Source: Octopus vulgaris (Eukaryota). From it: a DNA stretch of 64,000 nucleotides. Every line of letters begins with the position of its first letter. Within the stretch, counting starts at the first letter, position 1. Under the pieces are notes generated by a model. That model did no database searches and was not told where the DNA came from. It saw only the letters and a list, made by a program, of their open reading frames with translations. Location of the stretch: contig OX597814.1 of the NCBI GenBank assembly GCA_951406725.2, positions 16,430,001-16,494,000 on the forward strand, written 5' to 3'. Of the stretch, positions 12,381 through 25,857 are shown one piece after another. The position numbers and the translations under genes were made by a program.

Positions 12381-12852
12381 TTTTTCTTTTGGATTTTTTT
12401 CTTTTCTTTTTAAAAGTTTTACTGTGGTTCACAGCTTTTGTAGTTGTGCAGTAAGTATATATTGGCAGGTACTTACTTCCTTAATTTTTATCGTGCATTT
12501 AATTGCGTTGTTACAATAAAAGGCATGTTTCCATATTCTGTTAGTCAGGGAAGAAGGGAAGACAAAATGTCACACAAAATTACAGATAGTAAAGTTTCTA
12601 AATTTTTTGAGGTGTCCTTTTGTATGTCCAAATCTGTAGACATATAAGCTCCTTAACTTATTTTGAGGGAAATTCAAAATACTCACAGAAAATTTGTAGA
12701 TATTCCAGTCTTTCTGAGTGATTTTTTCAGTTATCCTGCTGGATTGTATTAGTGTTTCTGTGTCTTCAGCTGCTGCCAGGTCAGAGCAGCCAAGAACACG
12801 TTCAACCGCTGTCACGCCCAGCCGCGTATTATTATCATTATCATTATTATTA

Positions 12853-12903
<51 letters not shown>

Positions 12904-12931
12904 TATTATTATTATCATCATCATCATCATC

Positions 12932-13010
<79 letters not shown>

Positions 13011-13011
<1 letters not shown>

Positions 13012-13074
13012 TCAGATCACTGCCTGGAATTGAACTCAGAATCTTGGGGTTAGTAACTCGCGCTCTAAACCACT
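13011..13074 (-). mobile_element. Short tRNA-derived retro-copy/SINE with (AAT)n tail
   Basis: Minus strand AGTGGTTTAGAGCG...GAGTTCAATTCCAGGCAGTGATCTG runs directly into (AAT)n; A- and B-box-like motifs. Confidence 0.6.
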
Positions 13075-13199
13075 ATTGTTGTAAAGGGAGGGATTGCTCA
13101 GTGCCTAAAACTTAGAGCAAAGAAAATAAGTAGCGATCGTGATACACACCATGAAGAATGTTCAACCTAAGTAACAATTTATTAAACAACAACTACCCC

Positions 13200-13460
13200 C
13201 AAAATCATACTCTCCACTCTAATTATGAAGAAATGAGAGAATGAAACCAATAAGCCGTCCACATTCTATACTATGTTAAAGTCCTCTCCAAAAAGTTACA
13301 AAAGATATGGGGCCCGTATGACATCAGGACAGTATTCAAGAGTAATACAACACTTCGCAAATATCTCCTTCGAGTAAAACCACCAATGGAAGAGAATATG
13401 ACCAAAGACTGCGTAAACCCCCTCACATGCAGCAGTGGTATGTTATAAAAAGGCGAATAA
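13200..13460 (+). mobile_element. Penelope-like element fragment (linker leading into the GIY-YIG endonuclease)
   Basis: GPYDIRTVFKSNTTLRKYLLRVKPPMEENMTKDCV resembles the PLE segment that precedes the VY.IPC..C...Y.GET motif. Confidence 0.7.
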
Positions 13461-15559
13461 ACATGTTCTTATTCTGTACTTTACCATATGTAATAAGTTG
13501 TCCTGAACTTTTCAAAATGTAATAACATGTCCTGTACTTTTCCAGGTCTATAATTTTAAGAATATTACTTCTCTTGCTCGCATTTTTACATGTAATATAT
13601 TTATGTATTATCTTGTACAAGTCTTGCCACTTGGAAGGTGCGTTTCTTTCCGAAACTTGAATGAACCCGTGTCTCCACAATATGGGCGTGCACATCACCA
13701 AGAAATCGATAGAGAAGAAAATCTTATATAAATTGAAAAGTAAACACGTTTTTTTTTAATCTTTATATTAACATTAAAATCTATAAGCTATGATATTGAC
13801 ACAACCGTTTTAATACATTTGAAACAATATTTGTTTCTTTGCAAAACCTTAATGAGATAAATATCGAGACAAGAAAACGTGTGTGTTTTCTCATGTAAAG
13901 AAACTTTTGTTCTTTGTAAATACAACAATATAACATATGTTACAGTCTCGTACATGATACAATGTAAACAATATTTGTATTCTATTCTAATGCACACACA
14001 CACACACGCACGCTCACAGGTACATATATTCATTAACTTGTAGCTTATATTGATTTCAAATTATGGCCCAAGGCCAGCAAATCCGAGGTAGGCTGCAAGT
14101 CAGTTACATCGACCCCAGGACTTATTTCTATCGTCCTTAAAACGATTAATTGATCTGTGTTTCTTTTTCCCGCGTTTCGGGGCCTCATTCTGTCCAACTG
14201 TCTATTTTCTGAATATTCCTCTATGTCGGAAAACTGTTTTTGTGTGGTAGGTTTGCGGAAGTGTACGATTATTCGGGTTTTAATCAGCTCTTATGTCATC
14301 TTCATAGATTCTGGTGCATGGAATGCAGGGTTCTACATGCAGTAGATATGCAGATTGAGGGTGCAGATGATGATATTTATGATGCTTTGTATTTAACAGT
14401 TCGCGATTTCCCACACTATTTTGTTGCGACAGCTTTCCCTGTCTCCCTAAAGTGAGCAATCATTTTGGTAGCTTGCCCAAATTGAAGTAATCTTCCGTTA
14501 AAAGCTTGGGAGAAAGAGTGTCTTGTCTCTTTGTATCTTATCCTGTTGACGATGTAGTAATTTATTAAAAGATTAGAAGCAGTCACCGTGGGAGGCTAAT
14601 ATTGTGTACTAACTGGGCGTTCGAATTAAAAAGACTTTCAGAGCTTCCTAAATAAAATGAGAATTATTTGAAAAGTTTCATACTATGCATGTTTTTTTTT
14701 TCTAAATGCTAATGCCATGACAGAACGTTTTGTAACAACAAATTTAAGAGATCCTGGCGAGGAGTTCAGTGGGATAGTGATAAGCGATACCGCAGACCGG
14801 ATCGTCCTCATTATGAGTTGACGAAAGGGAGGCAACGAGTAGATTTGTGCGCGTTGCTTACGATATGTTTGCGGTAGGAGGAAATTAATTAATACTGTCG
14901 ATTTTGCGCACGTTTACGAGAACTTATTGCATGTCAGCGTAGAAATGTTTTTCTCGTATATTGTACACATGCACTTACTCTCCATATCTAATTTTTCACA
15001 GCTTCCTTTTAGCAACATTTCCATTGAAATGCACACGACTAAGTAATTTCCACTGTTTTAAGCATTTCCCCGAGTGATATCTTCTCACATAAACAAGCAT
15101 CATATGCAAAGTAGTACGATGAACCCTGCATCATTTTCTTTTCGGAAGACCTTCATTAGCTTTACCAAATGTTTTCCTGTTCTCTCCTTAATAAGTTTGC
15201 CTCACGCCATATGCAATCGTGTCTGTAGTTGATTGTGCTGCATCAGTAGAAGATAGCTTCGATAGTTTACAGTTATATTCCTGCTTCTGTAGAAGTAACT
15301 ATGTGCTGTTGTATGTATGTATGTATGTATGTATGTATGTATGTATGTATAGATAAAGTATAGATTCCGAATGCGTTAACATGAATGCTTTAGTTTTAAT
15401 GGGTATAAACGGCTGCAAAAAAATGTTTACATGCGTGCACTGATCACTCGTGCTGTGTGAGTTTGTATACAAGGGTGTGTTGAATATATGCACAAACACA
15501 CAGATACACACACACACACACACATACACACACAAACACACACACACATACACACACAA

Positions 15560-15610
<51 letters not shown>

Positions 15611-15729
15611 AATAAGTATGCATGGATGTGTGTTTGTGTGTATCTGTATGCGAATCTCATGCGTATACATACTCGACTTGAGATCGCATCCCATTCTAAA
15701 TACGTATGCTGGATTTGGATATATATATG

Positions 15730-15882
15730 GATCTTTCCGTCTCCTGTGCTTCCAACGAAGAGCTCCGCTCGAAACGTTAAGCCCTCCTTCTTTCCTTCTT
15801 TCCTGAGCGTCCAATAATACTATATTTGTTCCACGTCCTCGCGTTGTTGTGTTTTTTTGTGCTTTCTTGTTTGGATTAACTT
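15730..15882 (+). mobile_element. Penelope pLTR-like repeat in (TA)n carrying a degenerate hammerhead motif (about 15750-15783)
   Basis: GCTT-CCAACGA-A-GAGC TCC GCTC-GAAACGTT-AAGC; related copies at about 63755-63905 (+) and 54410-54500 (-). Confidence 0.6.
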
Positions 15883-15943
<61 letters not shown>

Positions 15944-17664
15944 ATATGTGTGTGTGTATGCGATGCGTGCGGATGTGTATATGTGCATGTGTTCACGTAC
16001 ATTCGGTATTATATATTGCAGTGTCGGTGGACGTACATGCGTTTGGTTCCATATGCATGTGTAGCACATATTAAGAAATATCATTAGGTATCGTCCTATA
16101 TTTAAATCGCTGGATATATTTTCTACTATTTCATATAAACTAGGCGCTATATTTTTAAATGTTGGTGAGAAGACCTTATCGATTTCTATAAAATCACAAA
16201 TATAACTTAACTCTCTTTGCTAATCAGTGTGTTTTCGTTTTCTTTATCAGCGAAGCCGTCATATTTGTATTTTCCGCATTTCAGCTTAGTAGCACACACT
16301 TAACTTAAATGTGTTCAGCATCAGTAAATGTACGAAACATATAACATATCATTGAAGTACATCCAACTATAAAAGTGTATAACCAGTCTACTACCTTACA
16401 GAACAATTCAAATATGTAAGAAGGTAAGCTCGGCGAATCACATACGATGTTCCTGAGACTGACATCATAAAGAAACAGATGCTCTCTTTACTTTCAAAAA
16501 ACATTAAAAAAAAACACATTGACTTTTATTTTGTTTGTTGATGTTTGTTTCGTTGTTTGCATGCAGTATTTCAGTTTCCCTATTTTCATCTTATTTCTTT
16601 TATCATATCTATTTCTTTCTTTTTTCATTCATTTTTGTCTCTGTTTTGGTCTTCGAAATGGATCATAAATTAAGGATTGACGTGTTTGTTTGTATTTTTT
16701 TTTCTGTATATTTAATGTTTTTTTTTAAATTTATTTATTGTGTTTTTTTTTGGATTTCTACTCGTCACTACATCGGCTCTTTTTGCATAGCAAATACAAG
16801 TAAAAAAATATATATAAAGCAACTATAGCAACAAAACGAACCGTCAGATATTTCTATTTTACCCAGCTATTACTACGTTTTTTAAATATTCTACAAGAAT
16901 CTGCAAGAAAAAAAATCCTCTTCCCTCCTCCTAAAGCTAGCGACGTTGCTTTGTTAGATTCTGAACTCCTTCATAAAATTGGCTGATCGCTTGAATGAAT
17001 GTTCAGTCGAGTGTGCACAGATGTGCACAGGTGTATGAAACAGCATATCTGCATAGAAATAGTGGCCTGAGGGCAGGTGTTGCAGTGATGCATATTCTAA
17101 CGCAGTTAGAATCTAGTTGCAGAGCTATAAGAGACAATTGCTGAGGTGTGTATGTGTGTGAGTTTCAGTGCTTGTGTACGAGTGCACGTGCTTGTTTCTG
17201 TAATTTTGTGTGTATGAATGTATGTTTACGTCGGAGTGGGTGTATATGTAGTAATAAATATTATTTTGACTGTGTGAATATATCCCATAATTTGTGTACG
17301 TGCGCACATATATACACATATACATGCTCATGTTATATGGATGGTGTATAACTTTAAATAAAAGTAGTGCTTGTGTAGTATGTGTGTATTTGAGGGTTAC
17401 TGTGTTTCAATATATATATAGTTGCTGTACAATCAATGTATGTGTATTTGCAATTTTTACTGGGTGCATTTATGTGATTCTGCGAAATTGAAGGAAATTG
17501 CAAACACCATTATGCGTGTAAATACGGAAATTTGGATTTGACTGTATGTATATGTGTGCTCGATTTTATAAGATGAATAGGTCACCAATATACTTCTGTG
17601 TTGGTGTCTATATATCTGTGTAACTGAAAGTAAATAGAGAAAAGAGGGAGTTTGAAATAGATAG

Positions 17665-17711
<47 letters not shown>

Positions 17712-18146
17712 AGCGTGATGTAAGATAGAGGAAAATAAATTGAACGAACAGGGGGTGTTAATGATATATATATAAGGAAAAACAACAAAAAACATTTAAA
17801 AATATAGAGAGATGCATTAAAGCGGTAGGAAAGAGATAAGCAGAGAAATACGCTCCCAAAACATACATGGTTAAGCACAAATGCACACACACTCACAAAC
17901 AAACACGCACACACACACACACATACATACGCACACACACTTCGACCGTCTGGACCGCAGAGCACTCACTAAATGTGGTTCATGCACCTTTTTATCGGGT
18001 ATATAAATGCGGGTCTTACGCTCACATTTTCGAGTAGGCTACCACAACACTGAAGAACTTCAATGACCTTCCCAGCACATATCGATTTCACAATCAAAAT
18101 ATTTGACAATTATAATTCATTCTCCCTAGGCGACTTCCAATTAAGT

Positions 18147-18194
18147 ATTATCGACACGGTACTCATCCGAATTATCGACACGGTACTCATCCGA
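18147..18194. repeat. 24-bp perfect tandem duplication
   Basis: ATTATCGACACGGTACTCATCCGA twice. Confidence 0.9.
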
Positions 18195-19139
18195 AAAGCT
18201 ACCATCCAGTACTTGTTTATTCACTTCCGCCCAAACTGGTTACATACAGAGTGAGATTGCCCGTAACCATGACAGATATAGTGACAATGCTAGCAGATTC
18301 ACTAAACCATGAAGTTCCTTAAGATCCTAGATATCAACAGGTAGTTGGCGTCTGTTACAGACACTCTCAGCAAATATAAGCTAAATATATGAGATGATAG
18401 ACATTTCGGTAACACCTGAGCCTAAGTATTCATCACTTCAAAGAAAAGACAACCACTGCCAATCGTAAGAAAATTTGCAGGGAAAGCCTTCAGATACAAG
18501 CGGCCCACTGTGAAAAGTCCCTCAGCGAACGAAAAGTCTGCTGAATAGTCTATTCTCCATCCGCAATACGAGGAAACGTCCGCCGACTTATGCGGTCTAC
18601 CAGCTACATTGTTTTAAATGGAGCTTTTATTACCCAGCCACTCCATATCCAACTGATGGAACACTCGATAACACACGAGTTTTCTTTCCACAAATACAAC
18701 CATACTAGTCTCAAATGAAAAACACTAAAATTATCTGGATCAAAGTATTAGTGATTATCTACAGATTTAACCAATCCATGGAGTTCTTCACGTTGGTCGC
18801 TGGTTTGAGTTCAAAATGGTAAAAGTAAAAATTATAGACTATGCATACACTTTTACGGTAAAGGATCAAGATTTGATTGATCGTAAATTTCATGACGGAT
18901 TTTGTTTTTCTAGTGGGTGTTTTGGTCAAAATATTTTGTTCTAGCAAAGTGCAGCGTTCTGGTTGGTTGTTGACTGATTTGTTGATGACGTCATTTTTGT
19001 CAAACATTTTCATTCTTTGTCCACCATGGTAAAGGATCAACTTCTGATTGGTTATAACATTACTGGTGAAATTTGTTTTGGTCAAATATTTTCGTTTTAG
19101 TCGAAACAAAAATATTTTGAACTTCCGATCTGTGAGGTT

Positions 19140-19612
19140 CATGACTACCGCTGCGGATCAACAGTGGATGATTTCGGCCTCCACCCACTGTCATGCTGTC
19201 ATAGTGGTGGACGCCATCCATGCCATGTCACCCTTAACAAGATCATAAAGCATGGACTACACGCCGCATGCTTCCCTTCCTATTTCGAGCCAGTGGTGCT
19301 AGATCGAAAGGACGGTAAAAAGCTAGATGGTATGACAATTTTCCCGTCCCTGTTGGTATACCTACTCATCTGGGATGCCACATGCTGTGACACCTTCTCC
19401 AACTGATAAAAGCAAACTGTCAAGATATCGGTTGCTCCCAGCGGATTTATAACCAAGCTTGTGGCAGTGGAGAACTCTGAAGCTCTTGGGGTCCGCTGAT
19501 TGATCTCGTGGTGGAGATGGCAGTCTGCAAGTGCGAGACTAGTGAGTCCGTGGCTGTTCCACTGCATCTCCCTCACCCTTCTTCGGGGCAACGCCTTTTC
19601 TACCTCTGTCTG
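19140..19612 (+). mobile_element. CRE-clade-like non-LTR retrotransposon, RLE-domain relic
   Basis: GLHPLSC..SGGRHP.H..LN.IIK..L....EP..LDRKDGKKLDGMTIFP....LIWDATCCDTFS, and terminal ISLTLLRGNA. Confidence 0.75.
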
Positions 19613-21641
19613 CTGGACCCATGATATATGTTTCTTAATAAAGATATATTAAAAAGGAACCTAAAGAACTACTGCTGTAGAAGTAGAAAACTTTTAATAT
19701 TATAAAAGACGGCATTTGATCTTTTAACCTTCACTCCTTGCTATCCGTACTATGTAAAGCGTAACTGGAGAAATCCAGCAATCAACGACCGAATCGATAG
19801 AGCATATAGAGATGAGAATGATTAATAGAAAATAAAAAAAAAAAAGAACGAAAATAACTGTTTTGTATATCTTGCTTGTTATACACTGTGCTTGTTCCCT
19901 ATCGTGCTATTACTATATCATGCTATCTCTATATCGCGTTATCACAAGTTTCAGTATCGTGATATTCACGAATATGTTACTACCCTTTTATTTAGACGTC
20001 CTCCAATACTTAGTAGCAAAGTTCACTATGTATGTTTCCCACGAATTTCTCACAATGTAGTTAACCGATTCCTAAAGACTAAGACAGATGAGTAAAAGAG
20101 AATAATTGTTCTCACATGTTGAACTGCACTTTATTTATCAACCACAGAATGATGAAAGCAAAGTTGATGTTAGAGGGATTTATAATCAGATTGCAAACAA
20201 CCGGAACTTTAAATTTAAGCTACATGTTCGAGCCTATAACGCATTTACCAGCCGACAGAATCGTCGTCTGGAAGAATTGTAATTTTACTGATATTCTGAA
20301 ATGAAACTCATTGCCACTAACACTTATTTCTAAGTAATATTATTACTAAGAGTTCCAACGGAAGCAAGTATAGAATCTACCATTAACTTCATTGGTTTTA
20401 GCGTTCAAAAAATGGGGGGAAAGATCTCCATGAAAGACGTATACCGAAACAATAACATGTGTGAGTGAAATAATATATGATATACAAGACAAACAGCTTT
20501 ATGTATATTTTATATATCAACAGGAACCTGTCTGTCTGGGACGCGTTCGTTGATTTCCAGTAATTTTTATAGAATACAGTGGTACTTATTGTTTTAATAT
20601 TGGTGTTTTTCACAATTCTATAGCCAATTAAATATTTATCGCTCCTGTATTTCATACAAATTATCATCGACTAATAAAAAAAAAATGTAGATGTTAAAAC
20701 CACAATATCTATAAGCATACGTATAAATGTAAAGCAATTCATTCCTACTATATAAATTTGGCCTAATACCCAATAAACAAACGTTCAACAATTGTAATTA
20801 CTAAGAACTGAGACATTAAAATTACCATTGCCTCTTAAATGTCATTTTATATTCTTGTTGTTATTTGATTTCAAGCGGTTATCCATGCAGCTAATATTTT
20901 TGTATTTGTCCTTTTTGGTTTGTTTGTCTTTTTTGTTCTGTTTTTCCTTTTTCTATTTAGTAGAGAATTCTTCCATTGATTTCTGATACTATTTGCTAAG
21001 CAGTTACCATAAAAAAAAATAACTAAGATCAACAACAAACTCAACCATTTCAATAATAGAAGCAAAATGCAAACAACAATAATTAAGAGAACAATAAAAT
21101 TACAGTAATAACGAAAAACAAATAAGTTAATTGACAAGTTAAACTTCACTCACCCACTATCTCATACATAAAAAAAAAATAATCTAACCGTCACTTAAAT
21201 ATTTGCCATAGTTTCTAGCGAATACAACTTTCAATCAAATTTTCAAGTCTGTCCGTTTGTCGTGCCTGTTGGCGCTTCTTTCTTTTGTTAGTTATTCCTT
21301 TCAGTGCTAGGGACTTGCTTAAGTGCGGAGCAAACTTAACCATTATGTGGAAGCAATAGTTTGAAATGGAAGGAGGGACTTATTCTGTCCGTTAATCAAA
21401 TTCCAAACAATATCCGGTGTTTGGCGGTCGTGTCACAGGTTATTAAAATTAAGCTGTTTGATCAAGAGAGAACTATGTGTTAAGAACAAACTGGGCACTA
21501 GACAGAGGCTCAAAAAGAGATCGATAGTAGAGAAAAGGAAATTGAGATAGCAGTAAGGATCATTGGATCGTGTCCCATGGCCGTTGAAAAAGTTTTTCAA
21601 ACCAAGTGCCGAACAACAACGAACATGTTGTTCAAACATAC

Positions 21642-21705
21642 CCATCCATATTCATCTGGCACGTGCCTCGCATCGGTAAACACTTCTTCGTAACCGCAGT
21701 TGATT
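21642..21705 (-). CDS. Candidate 64-bp internal exon; unidentified
   Basis: Acceptor TTTGTTTATTTTTCAG and donor TGG|GTATGT; open in two frames (INCGYEEVFTDARHVPDEYGW or STAVTKKCLPMRGTCQMNMD). Confidence 0.25.
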
Positions 21706-21810
21706 CTGAAAAATAAACAAAAGCGCGATTTCAGGAAAAGTCTCTCATGAAACATTAAAAAAATACCACCTAAGGCAAAACAAAAGGAAAACAAACGATG
21801 GCAATGACGA

Positions 21811-21853
<43 letters not shown>

Positions 21854-22187
21854 GCTGGTGGTGGTGGTGGTGGTGGTGGTGGTGGTGGGACTATCTGTGG
21901 TATTAGTGGTAAGAAAGGAAGAGAAAGAGTAAGAGTGAAATATTATAAATAAAGTAAATAGGATGAATACAGTAATAATGATCTTAATAGTAGTGGTGAT
22001 AGTTAGGAAGGAGTTGGCGAGGGTGGTAGTGGCAGTGATCGTCGTAGTAGTGGTGACTAAGATGCTGATAAAAGGGTGAAAGACTCAGTGAAATAAAACG
22101 GCGAAAACTAAAGCGATTTCGTTTCTTAAAGTCAGCAGTTACCAACTGAACTGAAGGAAGGAAAATAATAATAGTTTGGACAATATA

Positions 22188-22588
22188 TCTTTATATATAA
22201 AAGTGAAGTTGTGTGAGTGTCTGTCTCCTACGATTTAGATTCCTAACTACTCCCGCATTTTGCGGTGCAGTGTAACCAAAAGCGGGTTTCTTATAGTCGT
22301 GGTTGATATCGAGCCCTTCTGGGTATTAACGCGCGTCTACGATGAGTCTATGATTTAAAAAAAAAATTACCATCATTTTTTCCCATTTTCTAATGCATAT
22401 CTTTTGCTATTATATAAGGGAAGTAACTCTCCAAAAATGTATTATTAAATCTCAGAACGTAAAAAGCTACAGTAACACCCCCCTTTGTGGTTAGCCATAT
22501 TGAGATGGCTATTATACTTTACATCTCTAAAAATGCTTATATAGTTATTTCTCTTACAAACCCGAGCAACGCCGGGCGATACTGCTAG
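22188..22588 (+). mobile_element. Non-autonomous Helitron, complete
   Basis: A|TC...CCCGAGCAACGCCGGG...CTAG|T: canonical termini, hairpin and AT target site. Confidence 0.9.
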
Positions 22589-23055
22589 TTCATTATACAA
22601 TAGAAATAAGTTGAAACAAATTAGGAAATACATAAATATGCGCCTGCATTTGTATGTATGTGTCTGAGTTTATGTGCGAAAGAACGTTTCGTATTAAGCA
22701 TTGTAGTACAGAGCTCAGTAAGCATAAAACGCCATGAAATGAATTCATGTTTACCGCATATATATTGGTTTCAGATTTTGACACAAGGTTTGTAATCTAT
22801 TGGGAGGAGATAAGTATATTCCATCGACCCCAATGCTCAACTGGTACCTATTGCATCGACTCTGAAAGGGATGAAAGGCAGAATTTTGAACTCTGAATAT
22901 TAAGACAGTATAATTAAATATGAAGATGACCTAAGTGGATAAAAATACAAAAAGATTTGAAATATAAAAAAACAGTAGACTATATAAATATATGTGTAGA
23001 TGTCGGGGTGCATATAGATATATATTTATGTATGTGTGTGTGTGAGTGCGAATAT

Positions 23056-23108
<53 letters not shown>

Positions 23109-23383
23109 TGGGATGTATAACTTGTGTACTGGGATCCCCGGTCAAAGATAACATATTAGTGTTCAGTCTTGCTGAACGGAATGCACAAATGTTTATAGTG
23201 ATCAAATGATGGCACCGTAGATTAACTTACACTCTCCATCAAATCAAAATGGCCACAGAGCAAAGTGAAATCAAATGTGCCCCTCAAACCCAAGATCACA
23301 ATGCGGCGCGTGATCTTTGAATCGAAACTACTAACTAGTGATCGGGAATGCGTGTAACGACCTAACCTCTAGGCCATGATTGC

Positions 23384-23440
<57 letters not shown>

Positions 23441-23534
23441 CATACATACATACACACATACATACATACATACATACATATTTTTATTTATTTTATTTTA
23501 TCTAGTTTCAACTCACGAGCTGTGGCCATGCTGG

Positions 23535-23565
<31 letters not shown>

Positions 23566-23733
23566 CATGAAGTATATTTGCCACTTAAATGTGGCTAACC
23601 ATTAAGGGTGGATGCTACTGTAGCTTGCAGCCCCAGGAAGACACCTCCTCTAGCTGGCTGTTGATACACTTTCTGTGCCCTATCAGTATTTGGAAAGGGA
23701 AGCCATCCTTCCTATCTCCAACCTGACGTGATA

Positions 23734-23793
23734 CACACGGACCCGATTTTGTGGGTATTGACCCGTCATCGGCGTGTGATGACGGGTCAATAC
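23734..23793 (-). ncRNA. Degenerate hammerhead-like motif overlapping a perfect 16-bp inverted repeat (23755-23793)
   Basis: Minus strand CACACG-CCGATGA-C-GGGT CAAT ACCC-A-CAAA-ATCGG-GTC-CGTGTG: stems I and II intact, both core boxes mutated. Confidence 0.5.
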
Positions 23794-23864
23794 AGTTTCT
23801 GTACGAGATCTCTGAAACATTAAGTTGCATGGGACTGAATCAAATTGTTATAAATAATATATCT

Positions 23865-23903
<39 letters not shown>

Positions 23904-23950
23904 GTACATACACTTGTATATATATATATATATATATATATGTATCTATC

Positions 23951-23987
<37 letters not shown>

Positions 23988-23992
23988 GTATC

Positions 23993-24048
<56 letters not shown>

Positions 24049-24066
24049 TACATTACTGTACATACA

Positions 24067-24124
<58 letters not shown>

Positions 24125-25028
24125 CACACACGTACACATCGTGAAAATTTGGCAAATCGCGAAAGAAACACGGAAACTGCGAAGAAAAATATAAAGGACA
24201 AAATGAAAGAGAGAAAGGATGTTATAATGAAAGAGAGAAAGGATGTTATAATGAATGCTACGTGCATCTGCATTAATGAATGTTTTTTCCGAAAGCGAGT
24301 CTCACCTAATAAATAATAGTGAAATTGTTTGCGAAGCCGAAGGAGAAATATTTTAATACCTGCAACTGTTTACAGACGCAAATGAAAGACTATTATCATT
24401 AATATTGTTGTTGTTGTTGCTTCTGCTGTTGTTTTCGACCGTGGTGGTGATGATGGTGTCGTTATTTACTTGCTCCTGTGTATTATAAAATAATAATAAT
24501 AAAAACAATAATAATAGTAATTGTTATTATTTATTATTGTTTGTTGTTATTATTGATGTAGTTTTTGGCGGTGGTGATGTTATGATTTAGATGTCCCCGC
24601 GGCAAATGAATGGGAAATAACGTCATCATTCTCATCATAATATTTGATATTGCTGTTGCATTTCTTATGTGGATGTCAGTGGCAAGGATGGTGCAAGTTA
24701 AAGCGCTTGCTCTGGCTATGGACCTGTAGACTGAGGTAGGAGTATACGGACAGGGCGTCTCCTCTAATTGACAGGGTGACCATGGCATTTGCAGGTTTTC
24801 AAGATCAGAACTTGGAAGTTGCCCTTTTCAGGGGAGTATTTCTTGTTTGAATTTTTTTTGGTTTTTTTTTGTTTTTGGTATTTTATAGTTTATATGGTTC
24901 TCACCTCTGCCGCCTACGAGCATTTTGTAAACTCTCACTGTTTGAAATGCTCAAAATTATCTACTATACATCCTGAATCTAAAATTATGAAGACCAAAGG
25001 CATTTCGTCCTGCCATATAGAAAAATAC

Positions 25029-25084
<56 letters not shown>

Positions 25085-25191
25085 GGAATGTGTGTGTACG
25101 TGTGTGTATGTGTGTGTGCGTGTGTGTATGTGTGTGTGCGTTTATATATATATACATATATATGAGTGTGTGTGTGCGTGTATATATATAT

Positions 25192-25358
25192 ATAGGCGCA
25201 AGTGTGGCTGCGTGGTAAGTAGCTTGCTAACCAACCACATGGTTCCAGGTTCGCTCCCACTGTGTGCCAACTTGAGCAAGTTTCTTCTATTACAGCCTCG
25301 GGGCTACCAAAGCCATGTGAGTGGATTTGGTAGACAGAATCGGAAAGAAGCCCGTCGT
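25192..25358 (+). mobile_element. SINE family A, 5' half only
   Basis: Matches family A up to the internal microsatellite; the 3' half is absent. Confidence 0.85.
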
Positions 25359-25390
25359 ATATATATATATATATGTGTGTGTGTGTATGT

Positions 25391-25447
<57 letters not shown>

Positions 25448-25465
25448 TGTATATACATATATATA

Positions 25466-25528
<63 letters not shown>

Positions 25529-25857
25529 ATGCATTTTATTGCGTCTGTGAAGAGTAATTCTCTAATAGAGCTTTATTATTTAACACATTCAGCGGTTCGA
25601 TTTCCACTCATTTCCTCATAAATTTTTGTCAAAAAGCTACGTTGCGTCTTGTAAACTTTACAAGAGTCATTGACAGTCAACGAGTATTGAAAAAGTTGCA
25701 AAACGCAACGAAAAGATTTGGAAAATATAAAAGTAAATAAATAGAAATCAAATCGGTGATTATATTAAGTAATAATGCACTAAAAGAGAATTACTCACCC
25801 CAGAAACAATAAAATATGCTTCAACACACGAATTCACAAAAGGAATGGTGCAAACTC

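Noticed and set aside
12400-12826. Minus-strand ORF 12570-12815 and a CTGAAGA-CACA-GAAAC hammerhead-like string
   Set aside because: No stem I or II pairing and no recognisable protein; may be a retroelement 5' end, but this is unsupported.
17999-18035. TATATAAA box as a promoter (also TATATA at 40580)
   Set aside because: Such motifs are frequent by chance in TA-rich DNA and there is no linked gene.
24610-24729. Plus-strand 39-aa hydrophobic ORF MGNNVIILIIIFDIAVAFLMWMSV...
   Set aside because: Short hydrophobic ORFs are expected in T-rich DNA; no supporting signals.
24778-24805. Minus-strand LKTCKCHG resembling the Wnt CKCHG motif
   Set aside because: Followed by HPVN-stop rather than xSGSC, with no good splice site or other Wnt exons.
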